NCBI RefSeq assembly: GCF_001194135.2
Contig: NC_069001.1
Coordinates: forward strand, 30,793,388-30,850,371
DNA: 56,984 nt
From: Octopus bimaculoides
Lineage: Eukaryota
Reading direction: 5' to 3'
Below are positions 11,991 to 25,004 of this stretch, in pieces. The position numbers were made by a program, and so were the translations under genes. Position 1 is the first letter of the stretch, and each line of letters opens with the position of its first letter. Under the pieces are notes generated by a model that did no database searches, was not told where the DNA came from, and worked only from the letters and a program-made list of their open reading frames with translations.

Positions 11991-12678
11991 TCTACGATCT
12001 TTTTGTTATTCTATATTTATTNNNNNNNNNNNNNNNNNNNNNNNNNNNNNNNNNNNNNNNNNNNNNNNNNNNNNNNNNNNNNNNNNNNNNNNNNNNNNNN
12101 NNNNNNNNNNNNNNNNNNNNNNNNNNNNNNNNNNNNNNNNNNNNNNNNNNNNNNNNNNNNNNNNNNNNNNNNNNNNNNNNNNNNNNNNNNNNNNNNNNNN
12201 NNNNNNNNNNNNNNNNNNNNNNNNNNNNNNNNNNNNNNNNNNNNNNNNNNNNNNNNNNNNNNNNNNNNNNNNNNNNNNNNNNNNNNNNNNNNNNNNNNNN
12301 NNNNNNNNNNNNNNNNNNNNNNNNNNNNNNNNNNNNNNNNNNNNNNNNNNNNNNNNNNNNNNNNNNNNNNNNNNNNNNNNNNNNNNNNNNNNNNNNNNNN
12401 NNNNNNNNNNNNNNNNNNNNNNNNNNNNNNNNNNNNNNNNNNNNNNNNNNNNNNNNNNNNNNNNNNNNNNNNNNNNNNNNNNNNNNNNNNNNNNNNNNNN
12501 NNNNNNNNNNNNNNNNNNNNNNNNNNNNNNNNNNNNNNNNNNNNNNNNNNNNNNNNNNNNNNNNNNNNNNNNNNNNNNNNNNNNNNNNNNNNNNNNNNNN
12601 NNNNNNNNNNNNNNNNNNNNNNNNNNNNNNNNNNNNNNNNNNNNNNNNNNNNNATATATATATATATATATATATAAT

Positions 12679-12844
12679 GTACGGCGGGTTTCTTTCAGTT
12701 TTCGTCTACCGAATCCACTCACAAGGATTAGGTCGGCCTGAGGCTATACCAGAAGACAGATGCCCAAGGTGCCACGGAGTGGAACTGAAACGAAAGCCAT
12801 GAGGTTGAGAAGTAAGCTTCATACCACACAGCTACACCTCCGCT
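12679..12844 (-). mobile_element. SINE family C head (tRNA-derived)
   Basis: Reverse complement matches the head at 43435 (gctgtgtggt..agctt...caacc.catgg...ttcagttccact...ggcaccttgggca..tgtcttct). Confidence 0.85.
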
Positions 12845-13285
12845 ATTACCCAGCCTGTTGGTTCTTTTCATTAAAAAAAACAAACAAATAGATACTTTAT
12901 TTCTAGTTGTATCAGACCAGGGGGGTTTGTTTGCGGCAAAATGAAAGGGAGTTCAATACATATACGAATGTTAATGGCTTCTGAGTTCAAAAGGAAACTG
13001 CTGATAGTTTGCGTCTTACTAATACACTCGGTCAAGTGATAATTCGGATAGACTAAAAATAATTGCCGTACAGAGCAAAAGTTAGATTAATTGCTTCAGT
13101 GATTGATAACTCAATCAACGGTGGATCACATTGATTCATGGTTTAATAATTGTTCTTTATGAGGTTGTCAATAGTGAAAGGTTATTGGTCGTTCTTAAGG
13201 TGAATGGATTAATTTCATATAAAATGCTTCGTCTCTGAGATAGCTGCTATGTTTACGTGTGGGTTTATGTCTGTGAAAGTGTGTG

Positions 13286-13351
<66 letters not shown>

Positions 13352-13491
13352 TTATATACATATATGTAGGTAGATAGATTGAGAAGCATACAAATATACA
13401 TACATACATGATCGATAGATAGATAGATAGATAGATAGATATTGGGGTGTACATGTGTACAAGATAATTGTGAAACTTATTGACATTACAC

Positions 13492-13533
<42 letters not shown>

Positions 13534-13864
13534 AGCTGGTGTGCGGGTGTTGAGGTATATGTGGTGGATTGTGTGTGGTTGTACTTCCTATTTACTGTAT
13601 AATTGTGTCTCGATCATAAAAGGAAAGTACTATTAATGAACATACTCTGCTGACACTCATTTGTTCTATACTAAGAAAGACTAATGCAAAATTAGAGATG
13701 GCACTAATCTAGGAATGCAAAAGAAATCTAACAGCAGACTAGCGACTATCAGAGGCATAAGAAGTAGAACATTAAATGTGACGGGTGAAAATCCTTCGTC
13801 AGTTGCCAGTTGAATATCAACGTGACTTCTACACCTTAGGGAAGTAACGCTGTTGTATATGTAT

Positions 13865-13980
13865 TTCAAAGGGCCAGCCTTGTCACACTGTGTCACGTTG
13901 AATCTCCCCGAGAACTACGTTAAAGGTACACATGTCTGTGGAATGCTCAACCAGTTGTACGTTAATTTCACGTTAATGTG
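13865..13980 (+). mobile_element. SINE family A core fragment
   Basis: tttcaaagggccagccttgtcacactgtgtcacgttgaatctccccgagaactacgtt matches 55175-55290 and the reverse complement of 20760-20880. Confidence 0.85.
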
Positions 13981-14639
13981 TTTATATATGCATATATACT
14001 CATACACACACATTCGTACACATACATATAGGTACAAGTTACGGTTATATAAAACATTACAAATAATTATATCAACTAAAATACAGGTATAGAAAAATTG
14101 AACATGTATTCGATTCCATCTCCTACCTTACCCACACCTGTCCATCCACAACATTCTTTAATAGTCAAAACTAATTCTACAGAACTAATTTCGAGTACTG
14201 TCAGTCATGTGGAAGATTATTTTCCCTTTCAAGCTATATCTATTGACAGAACTGTTATTTCCTGAACAACACCGGGAAATAACTATAGATCACGCAACAC
14301 TGTCTACACTATTGTAGAAAATGATGACAAGATTGTAGATGTAACTAGAAAAAAAACATGCTTTGAGTTTAGTGCTTGCAGCAAGTTAGGAAGAGACACC
14401 ATCTGTATACGATTGTATGTTGGTGCGTTTGTGATTGATTGATTAGAGTAGATATGAATGTTGTTGAGATTTTATGGCAGTGTTTTTGGTGGGCGTGATA
14501 ATGGATCTGATGTAGGAAAAATGGAAAATATTGGAAAGAGATAATCTCACAGGGTTGTTATTTGTTCAGAACACAAGACGCAGATAGCGTATTTTCTGGC
14601 TTTCAACATAGCTATTATTCTTGTTGCTATTGTGGTTAC

Positions 14640-14725
14640 CGTGAGCTCAAATCCCGCCGAGATTAAGGGTGACTTTCATCGATTATGGGTCGATTAAATA
14701 AAATACCAGTTACGTATTCGGTTCA
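14640..14725 (+). mobile_element. SINE family B fragment
   Basis: gagctcaaatcccgccgag...gactttcatc...gggtcgattaaataaaataccagttacg. Confidence 0.7.
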
Positions 14726-15522
14726 GTTGTATCCGCTAACACCCCCCCCTTAGGCATGACTGCCGGTGTATCTATATCAGAAATCACTTAAATTTAAAAA
14801 CCAAAACTTTATTGGTTGACCCCAGAGCATATGGGGTCGAGGATGCTTCTTGTAATAAATGACGCTCCAAATATGTCCTTCCCAACTTTGTGAGCACTAT
14901 AGCGATGAGATTGCATAAGACAATTCATTGCGTCTTTTTGAAGACGCTAAATCAGTGATCTGAGAATGAGAAGATCGCTATTTAAAACTGATTCAGTGAC
15001 CGCGTATACGTTATGATGTTCCTCGTATTTTCTAGGCACCATTGCATTCGTAGAAATCTCTCATCCAATCCCAGTTATCTTCATAAAAAATAGCGAAATT
15101 TAAAAGGTAACCCCACACGTTATATTGAATGGATTAAGAGGTAGCCAAAGCAACAACAGTTAAAATTTTCTGTATGTTTGCATGATTCTGTTGTGTAACC
15201 CGTAAGAATCCTAAATATCTTCCGGATTTTTGCATATTAAGATTATAAAGATGCAACTTTTCCATCTGTAATTGCTCAGCAACTTTTCATTATTATTATT
15301 ATTGTTATTTTTATTTTTATTATTATTATTATTATTGTTGTTGTCATATAGATAGATAACGAAGCATTGTTAAATTTAGTGATAGATAGAACGCAAGTAA
15401 CAACTTTACTAAACAAACCAAATGTTTTTTTTTGTTTTTTTTAGTCTACTTCAAACACAAGTGCATAACATATTCACGCAAAACAGTTACTTAAACATAC
15501 ACAATGTTTTTTTTTTTTTACA

Positions 15523-15555
<33 letters not shown>

Positions 15556-15688
15556 CATGCAAGCGCGGATAAATCACAGAAGCATAAAATCAGGCGCAGG
15601 CCACCGCCTTCAGCCATCAGTAGGTGCGCACAGACGCGCGTAAGTATACGACAAATAACAACGACCTATAAATACCATATATGATTAA

Positions 15689-15726
<38 letters not shown>

Positions 15727-15824
15727 TCATCATCATCATCATCACTGTCAGTGGCAGTAGCAGCAGCATTATGACCATCATGATTATCATAGTTTCTATT
15801 GTCATCAGTATATATATATATATA

Positions 15825-15866
<42 letters not shown>

Positions 15867-16406
15867 CAATTTCTATATTAATACCCATTTCATTGCTTTT
15901 AAAGTCCTTACTCTTGATTATAATAGTTGTTGTTATTATCATTATTATTATCAGCATCATCATTATATATTTATTACTACTATAAACATCGTCGTCATCA
16001 TTATCATTATACCTAATATTCTTATATTTCCCATGAAATTACTATTCATGATCATGCTCTCTTTCTTTTGGTATAACCTGTGTATTTTCCCAACGGATAT
16101 CCAATATTACTTATTCTCTTCATTCTCATCTTTGTTTTTACATTTCACTGGAGAAAATTGTTCTTTTAAGTTATTGTGTTCCGTAATATATCTTTTTCAC
16201 AAGCATTTTTTTTTCATATTTCACATATAGCTTCTCGTTTTTTTAGTTTTTTTTTTTCCCCTACTTTCACTTTGTTTCCATCTTCTTTCAGTTTTTGTTT
16301 CATAGAATCACACTTTTGACAGATTTTGTTATTGTATCTAACCAAAACCAATATTAGCTGAAGGGCTGATATATGCATCTGATTGTCTCACAGTATTGTA
16401 TTGAGT

Positions 16407-16437
<31 letters not shown>

Positions 16438-16449
16438 ATGTATAAATAT

Positions 16450-16527
<78 letters not shown>

Positions 16528-16740
16528 CAGACATATTTTTTACGCTTTGTGACTAAGATTTATTACTTTTATATTCAGGTTCCTCGACATGTCTTTTAAT
16601 GTATGTATGTATTATTATTTAGGAAATGTTTCTACAGTTGGTAGTGTTTCCATTACCCATTGTTCTAACCTGATCGATGAGGCGTATTGGATTCCAATGT
16701 TTGATAAATTTGCCCCCTCTTCGAATGAACTTACCTAAAG

Positions 16741-16773
<33 letters not shown>

Positions 16774-16785
16774 TAAACATATATG

Positions 16786-16820
<35 letters not shown>

Positions 16821-17151
16821 ATATGCGTAAATATATGTAGGTATGAATATATCCTAGAATGAAGAAAATATACCATTCTGTGCATATGTATTGCACCTTT
16901 ATTGTTAATAACATAGGGTCACAGGCAAACGCATATAAATACGGAGCCTTGTGTTTGTATGTGTGCAGGTGTGAGAATGCGTACGCGTCTGAATGATAAA
17001 CAAACAGACAGACAAATACGATACTGAGACAGAGAGATAGGCAGATTGACACGGAAACAGAAAGATAGTAAGACAGAAACACAGACTGACAGACAAACAG
17101 GCAGCCAGAGACAGAGATAATGACAGAAATATAATGTGCGTATGCTTGTAA

Positions 17152-17494
17152 ACAGGAGTGGCTATGTGGTAAGAAGCGTTCTTTCCAACCACATGGTTCG
17201 TGGTTCAGTTTCACTGCGTGACTTTTGAGGAAGTGTCTTCTACTATAGGCTCGAGCCGACCAAAGGTTTGTGAGTGGATTTGTTAAACGGAAACTGATTA
17301 AAGCTCGCCGTATATATGTATGTGTATGTGTATGTGTGTTTGTATATGTGTGTATGTTTGTGTGTCTGTGTTTGTCTCCTCCCAGCATCGCTTGACAACT
17401 TATGCTGCTGTGTATACGCCCCCATAACATAGCGGTTCGGCAATAGGGCCGATATAATAAGTACTTGGCTTACAAAGTATAAGTCCTTTGGTCG

Positions 17495-17498
<4 letters not shown>
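17152..17498 (+). mobile_element. SINE family C, near full length, with internal (TA/TG)n microsatellite
   Basis: tRNA-like head ggagtggctatgtggtaagaagc...ggttcagtttcactgcgtg, internal microsatellite at ~17310-17370, tail catcgcttgacaac...aagtcctttggtcgattt. Confidence 0.88.
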
Positions 17499-17564
<66 letters not shown>

Positions 17565-17566
<2 letters not shown>

Positions 17567-17716
17567 GACAGGCTTCTTCCAGTTTCTGTGTACCAAATCC
17601 ACTCGTAAGGCTTTGGTCGAGCCGAGGCTGTAGAAGACACTTGCCCAAGGTGTCACACAGTGGGACCGAACCCGGAATCATGTGCTTGTGAAGCGAGCTT
17701 TTTATCACACAACTAC
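17565..17716 (-). mobile_element. SINE family C head, inverted relative to the adjacent copy
   Basis: Reverse complement aligns with 17152-17312. Confidence 0.88.
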
Positions 17717-18018
17717 TATTATATATGTGTTCTGTTTTCAATTTACGTTTAGTATATATATATATATATATGTTTAAAAATAAGCGTTAGCACAAATTTT
17801 ATGGCTCATTCGCGAAACTGCATTTAATACTAAATGCTACGTATCAAAATATTGCTCGAAATAATGAATGAAATCCAAATTTAGTCATGTTTCCATGCAT
17901 TGCGAGCTATTTATCGTGACATATATTAGATATTTATTTTTATTATATTCTTTTTCCTTCTATGACTTCGGGAAGGAGGAAAAGTGGAGAAATTAGAGCT
18001 ATTAAATTCGAAAACTAT

Positions 18019-18317
18019 GACTGGCACTATGACAACTAGACTTCCAGCTGATTCTTCCAGCAGAAAAGTCTCCTCACGCGATTCTCCAGCGAGTGCCTTA
18101 TACTCCACAAACGCATGTATCTTTAACGTAGATTTTGCAGGGAGATTCAATCTGGCACTGAATATGGCAACTGTCGCCATTTGAAACACAGCTGAGGAGA
18201 CTGGAGCAACGTGAAATAAAATAAAGTGCTTTGCTCAAGGGCACAAGGCGCCGCCGAGAATCGAACTCAGGATCGTATTATCGTGAGCCGAACACCCTAA
18301 CCACTGAGCCACGCGCG
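18019..18317 (-). mobile_element. tRNA-derived SINE (family D head plus diverged family A core) with 14-bp TSD
   Basis: A-box TGGCTCAGTGG and B-box GAGTTCGATTC on the minus strand; core gattgaatctccctgcaaaatctacgttaaagatacatgcgtttgtggagt; TSD AATTCGAAAACTAT at 18005-18018 and 18318-18331. Confidence 0.9.
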
Positions 18318-18822
18318 AATTCGAAAACTATATCGCCTTATGTAACACCACCACTTCAATCAGCACTTTGAATCCGTTAGAAATTATTTCCCATAGATTT
18401 CAGATATATTTTGTTTTCATAAATACTCGTAGATTTTCCAATGCTGCCGTAGATAGACTCATGTTTGCAGAGTACATTCTAATGAAAATGTTTGGTCTCA
18501 ATCGGAATACGTTATCGATGATATCCCGAAGACAGCTCTCAATTTACGTTTCCACTTTAAAACGGCTTTATTGAATTTATATATAACTTTGTTCAGGTGG
18601 CAGGCTAGTAACTAACAACACTGACAATGATGAAAATTGGAATACGTTCTAAAGTTTACAAATATCCTAACACAAACAAGTTGGTTACACACAGAGAATC
18701 CAGTTTTCGCATTCGCTTTCGCAGTTAATAATGTATTAGCGCATGCTCGACTACATATATGTGAACGAATGCGCACACACGCACACACACTGTATGTATG
18801 TATGTATATATATATACATATT

Positions 18823-18891
<69 letters not shown>

Positions 18892-19215
18892 TATGGACAT
18901 TTTTTGCTCCCTTACTTTTTATCCCTCCCCTTGCTAAGCGGTCTATAGCTCTTTTGTCTTAATAGCGGTCAACTGCACAGTAATTTCCCTTTGTTTAACG
19001 GTCATTTTCTTAGAAATTTTCAATGGCCAGATAACTGAAGAGATGGCGGCGTGGGTTTCCGCCCCCGGCATCCGAAAATCGCTGTTTTATCATGGTTACA
19101 GAATAAGGGTCACATATTTTTACAGATAATTTCCTCTATTTACAGAATATCGAGGTCTCTTTCTTTTGTTATATATATGCATATATATGTTTGTGTGTGT
19201 GGGTGTGTGTATTTT

Positions 19216-19302
<87 letters not shown>

Positions 19303-19849
19303 ATATGTATGTATGTTTGTCTTCATGTGTGTGTGTGCATGCGTGCTTGTATGTATATATGTATGTAAAACGGATGAGTTTTGAGAATAGATGTTTATTC
19401 CATTAGTAAAAAAACTCTTTCATAATCATGTTAGTTACATAATAAATGTTACATCGCCATTCGAACGTATATTAAGTACACTTATAAACATATTTGTACA
19501 CCCATATATATATACATATAAGGATGCCGACTGAAAGTTTAACAAACTGAATAATGTTCAGAAATATACATGGGTGGTTCAAAACATGCACTCTACTACA
19601 GAAGGCAATCTACACCAGAATATATCGCAGTTGACAGATGTGTTCAGATGATTACCATATATGGTTTGCTTTAAGGAAGCAACGACTGCAGAACAATGGA
19701 ATACCAGAAAAAGGAGCATTATATTAATACAATAGAGTAGAATAGAAATCAAAAGATTTATAAATAAAATCGTTGAAGAATACGAAATATGTAACTGTAA
19801 AAATAAGTTTAACGAAGACATATGCTTACTAATATAAATACATACATAC

Positions 19850-19893
<44 letters not shown>

Positions 19894-20680
19894 ATGTTTC
19901 CGTGTGTCTCTTTGTGTGTGAGTATTTGTGTCTGTGTGTGTATGCGTGTGTATTTTTGTCATCCCTTTTCATACACGAGTACCTGTATATAACATATTAA
20001 TTACCCACCTGTTATCGACGTGCACAGACATTGGGGGAATCAGAGACAAAGAAAAACAAAAACAACAACAATAATAATGATGATAATAATAATAATAATA
20101 ATAATATCGAAATTTCAGTGCCGCGCTTATCGTTTCTATACACCTGTGAACGGTAACATAATTGTTTCACTGCTATCGATCTTTCGTGCTAGTTTCTAAG
20201 TACTGAAGCACACAAGTAGTGGCTTAAAAAAAGCATTGCTCATTTGGATATTCACGTTATCAACATCTTTAACAGAAATATCTTTTTTTTAAATATTACA
20301 TAAAACACGCAAAACGTCAAACAGAAGTTATCTCTTGCATATTCGAAAGTATGTTATTCTTTCGCACATTTCGTTTTCTATTTGCGATATGAATTGTGAT
20401 TTTCTTCTAAAAATTCAATCCTGGAATCGGTGGGTATTTATGGAGTCCATAACAGAAACGTATATCATAGGTCGTTGGCGTAGGATGAAAGTTCCTACGT
20501 AAAACTGGCATCGCTATACGTGTTATTTATTGTTTCTATCTTTTATTTCTATCTTCTACTTGCTTCACTCATATGAGTGTGGCCTTGCTGGAGCACTGTC
20601 TCGATGGATGTAGACGAACGAATTGACACCAGCACTTATTTTTAAACGGCGCGTAAAGTAACCACACAGGTTCTCAGGCA

Positions 20681-21072
20681 CACTTTGTTCTTGGAACTCC
20701 GTCGGTTACGACGACGAGGGTTCCAGTTGATCCGATCAACGTAACAGCCTGCTCGTGAAATTAACGAGCAAGTGGTTGAGCACTCTACAGACACGTGTAC
20801 CCTTAAAGTAGTTCTCGGGGGAGATTCAGCATGACACAGAGTCTGACAAGGCTGGCCCTTTGAAATACAGGTACAACTGAAACAGGAGGAAAGAGTGAGA
20901 AAGTTCTGTTGAAAGAGTACGGCAAGGTTTGCCACCCCACACGTCCTGAGCCTCGTGGAGCTTTAGGTGTCTTCGCTCAATAAACACTCACAACGCTCGG
21001 TCTGGGAATCGAAACGGCGATCCTACGACAGCGAGTCCGCTGCCCTAACCACTGGGCCATTGCGCCTCCACC
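20681..21072 (-). mobile_element. SINE family A, full length (~390 bp), tRNA-derived head, 7-8 bp TSD
   Basis: Minus strand begins ggtggaggcgcaatggcccagtggttagggcagcgg (A-box) and has gtttcgattccc (B-box); (C)TCAGGCA flanks both ends (20673-20680, 21072-21079); matches the 54929 copy. Confidence 0.92.
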
Positions 21073-21290
21073 TCAGGCAAAGTGAGGAGGGTGAATACAA
21101 ACAGGACATACACATGTATCTATAAGTACGCAGATGTATGTGTATGTGTGTGAGTGTGTACGTGCGTGTGTCTGTGTGTGCATATATTCTTTTATTCCTT
21201 AACTTGTTTCAATCATTTGACCGCTAAGTTACGGGGACATAAATACACCAGCATCAGTCGTCAGGAGATAGCGGGGGAGAACAAATATAG

Positions 21291-21325
<35 letters not shown>

Positions 21326-21351
21326 CATATAGGTATGTATATATATATATA

Positions 21352-21428
21352 TACGTTGGTATTCTTTCAGTTTGTGTATATCAAATCCACTCACAAGGCT
21401 TTGGTCGTCCCCTGAGGCTGTAGTAGAA
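21352..21428 (-). mobile_element. SINE family C fragment
   Basis: ttctttcagtttgtgtatatcaaatccactcacaaggctttggtcg...gtagtagaag. Confidence 0.8.
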
Positions 21429-21429
21429 G

Positions 21430-21611
21430 TATATAGTAAATATATATATATGTATATAGTAAATATATATATATGTATATAGTAAATATATATATATGTA
21501 TATAGTAAATATATATATATGTATATAGTAAATATATATATATATGTATATAGTAAATATATATATATATGTATATAGTAAATATATATATATATGTATA
21601 TAGTAAATATA
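21430..21611. repeat. Minisatellite, ~21-23 bp unit GTATATAGTAAAT(AT)n, running into a 774-N gap
   Basis: At least 8 units readable. Confidence 0.92.
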
Positions 21612-22385
21612 NNNNNNNNNNNNNNNNNNNNNNNNNNNNNNNNNNNNNNNNNNNNNNNNNNNNNNNNNNNNNNNNNNNNNNNNNNNNNNNNNNNNNNNNN
21701 NNNNNNNNNNNNNNNNNNNNNNNNNNNNNNNNNNNNNNNNNNNNNNNNNNNNNNNNNNNNNNNNNNNNNNNNNNNNNNNNNNNNNNNNNNNNNNNNNNNN
21801 NNNNNNNNNNNNNNNNNNNNNNNNNNNNNNNNNNNNNNNNNNNNNNNNNNNNNNNNNNNNNNNNNNNNNNNNNNNNNNNNNNNNNNNNNNNNNNNNNNNN
21901 NNNNNNNNNNNNNNNNNNNNNNNNNNNNNNNNNNNNNNNNNNNNNNNNNNNNNNNNNNNNNNNNNNNNNNNNNNNNNNNNNNNNNNNNNNNNNNNNNNNN
22001 NNNNNNNNNNNNNNNNNNNNNNNNNNNNNNNNNNNNNNNNNNNNNNNNNNNNNNNNNNNNNNNNNNNNNNNNNNNNNNNNNNNNNNNNNNNNNNNNNNNN
22101 NNNNNNNNNNNNNNNNNNNNNNNNNNNNNNNNNNNNNNNNNNNNNNNNNNNNNNNNNNNNNNNNNNNNNNNNNNNNNNNNNNNNNNNNNNNNNNNNNNNN
22201 NNNNNNNNNNNNNNNNNNNNNNNNNNNNNNNNNNNNNNNNNNNNNNNNNNNNNNNNNNNNNNNNNNNNNNNNNNNNNNNNNNNNNNNNNNNNNNNNNNNN
22301 NNNNNNNNNNNNNNNNNNNNNNNNNNNNNNNNNNNNNNNNNNNNNNNNNNNNNNNNNNNNNNNNNNNNNNNNNNNNNNNNNNNNN

Positions 22386-22437
<52 letters not shown>

Positions 22438-22789
22438 CACACAAGGAGGTATATTGCATACGGGTATATTTATAGGCTTTCTGCGTAATTGTGAGTGTGT
22501 ATGCAAAATGTCATGCGTTTATGCATGAGACAGAGAGAGGGGCACCAAGAAATATAGAGATACCCTGTACAATATCGTTGCATCTGTGATCGCTTTGAAG
22601 TTGTTGTTTACGTACGTCCTTGAGCGCACACAATTTTAAATTGAGAATCGTATATTATCAGTAAGGCCCTTGAGCTTCTGAATTCTAAACGAGAGAGGCG
22701 AGAGATAATTAAACTGAAGAAGAGCAAAAATGACAGCGAAAAAACAAAACCCACAACAAAAGACTACTAACAACAAACGCAACAACAAC

Positions 22790-22820
<31 letters not shown>

Positions 22821-23063
22821 TAGGGGCTTTTTTCTTTGACAAACGACCATAAATAAATGCGCCAGCAAAATAAATACAAACGAAGGAGGAAAACAAGTCA
22901 TTTATTTAAAAGGAAGAAAATATAGTTAAAAACCCCGAAAACATTTTATGCAATGCTTTAAATGTGTTCCTTTACAGAGATACACATCAAATGTCTCTGC
23001 AAAATTATATGTGTTCATATATATATATATATAGATAGATATATATGTATGCATATATACATG

Positions 23064-23101
<38 letters not shown>

Positions 23102-24483
23102 TACGTATATGTGTGTATATATGTGCATGTGTGTGTATATATAACGGTGCGTGTGTGTGTATGCATATATGCATGTACGTATGTATGTATGTATGTATAC
23201 ATATATGTATGTATTGGTTCTTAATGTTTTTGCATCTTTTCTAAAGTCATTCCCCTCGTTCAATCAATGCGTTTAAAGTTCTAATTAATTGAATGAAATT
23301 AATTAACGATGGCTATCTTTCGTCTTTCTTTAAGTCAACAATTATTTTTATTATTTGTATGTTTTTTCTTGTTTTTCTTTTTGTAATTTTTACTTCTTTT
23401 TCCTCTTTGTTTTTTTGTTTTTTTTCTTTCTCATCCCACATTTCAGCTTTTAATGTGACGGCACGGCATTATCTTTGGGTTGGTTTCTTTTGTGTTCTTA
23501 GTTTTTTTGTAGTTTTCTTGTTTTCTGTTTTTTTTATTTTATCAAAGATGCTTTCAAGTTTTCTCCTTTCGAATTTGATTTGTCGCCGTATTTTTTGATA
23601 TAGTTTGGTTGGCGCATAGGTGGGGGTAATTTTATTCATGTGTCTCGATGTGCGTTAGTGTGCGTTTCGGTGTGTGTTCGTGCCTGGTTTTTGTGTCTGG
23701 CTGTGCGTGTGTGTACGTGTGTGTGGTTTTCTGTGTGTGTGTGTGTATATATGTGAAAGTGAGTGAGAGAAAGATAGCGAATGATTGCAAGCATTGTTTC
23801 TCGGCGATAGTCTGGTACGTTGTATATGCATTTATGTATGTGTTGCTAGGAGAAAATGTAACGGAAATAAAAAGAGGGACGGAAGAAAAAGGAAAATAAG
23901 CCGTTGAGAGAGAGAGAGAGAGAGAGTGAGAGAGTAAGGCAAAAAGGGAGAGAGAGGTGGAGCACTGCCGGTCTTATAATGTCTGTCTGTAACCGTTCAA
24001 TAATTGCCAAATGGATTAGTCGCATGGTTACATTTTTCATTTTGTTAGTTGAATGGTTGACCCGGTAACTGGTCGGATAGTCCGGAAAATTAGTTCTTGG
24101 AGAATCAAAAGCAATCAGCAAGATTTCAAGAAATTAGGATCCCTCTCATCAGCAGGAGGCCAGAATCAAAACAATGGTTAAAGAAATGTTTGCAAAAAGA
24201 AAAAGAAAAAGTTGGCCTTACGTGCAGGCATGACTCTGTGGTTAAGACGTTTGTCTTGCAACCATCTGTTTCGAGTTTGCTGTCATTGCACAGCACTTTT
24301 CTTATGTGTCTTCTACATCTCAGATCTTAATTCAGAGAAGTTCATCTTTGAATATTCTCTTCGTTAAGATCTGAAATGTAAGATCTTCTCAACCCTGATG
24401 ACGGAGGCTCGTCTTCTTCAATGTTAATTGCATCCATACGGCTGTGTATCGTGATCTACCAACATTATTATCGATCTCCAAAA

Positions 24484-24752
24484 CGGCGAGCTGGCAGAGA
24501 CGTTAGCACGCTGGCAGAAACGTTAGCACGTTGGCACGGACGTTAGCACGCTGGCAGAAACGTTAGCGGGGTTTCGTCTGCCACTATGTTCTGAGTTCAA
24601 ATTCCGCCGAGGTCGACTTTGCCTTTCATACTTTCGGGGTCGATTAAATAAGTACCAGTTACGCACTGGGGTCGATATAATCGACTTAATCCGTATGTCT
24701 GTCCTTGTTTGTCCCCTTTCTGTGTAGCCCCTTGTGGGTAGTAAAGAAATAA
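24484..24752 (+). mobile_element. SINE family B, full length, with 4x 20-bp tandem expansion in the head
   Basis: Units CTGGCAGAAACGTTAGCACG (with variants) at 24491, 24511, 24531 and 24551 (partial); B-box-like GAGTTCAAATTCC; body matches 41098 and 42766. Confidence 0.92.
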
Positions 24753-25004
24753 GAAACGTTAGCACATGCGTACCCGCACACCCACGTACATGCGCCTATA
24801 TGCATATACTTATCCACGCTCATTTGAAACACACATGCTCACACACATTCGCCAAAAAATATATACATACATGCACGCGCACACACACATACGCACAGTA
24901 AAGGTTCATACACACGTCTATATGTGCACGTGCACAAGAAAAATCAGGGCTAAAGGTAAAATACTGAAAAAAGTGTAAAAAAGCAATAAGAGTAAAACAC
25001 ATCT

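Noticed and set aside
13110-13135. aacggtggatcac, reminiscent of the 5.8S rRNA 5' end
   Set aside because: The match is only ~11 nt and the flanks do not continue as rRNA.
15585-15650. CpG-rich stretch ending in gtaagt (KHKIRRRPPPSAISRCAQTR)
   Set aside because: The acceptor lacks a pyrimidine tract and the peptide is unrecognised.
17926-18189. 87-aa minus-strand and 66-aa plus-strand ORFs that look protein-like
   Set aside because: They lie largely within a TSD-bounded SINE (18019-18317).
20990-21072. tRNA-like sequences with A/B boxes (also 18240-18317, 43435, 54929)
   Set aside because: They are SINE heads: no complete cloverleaf, and each continues into a SINE body.
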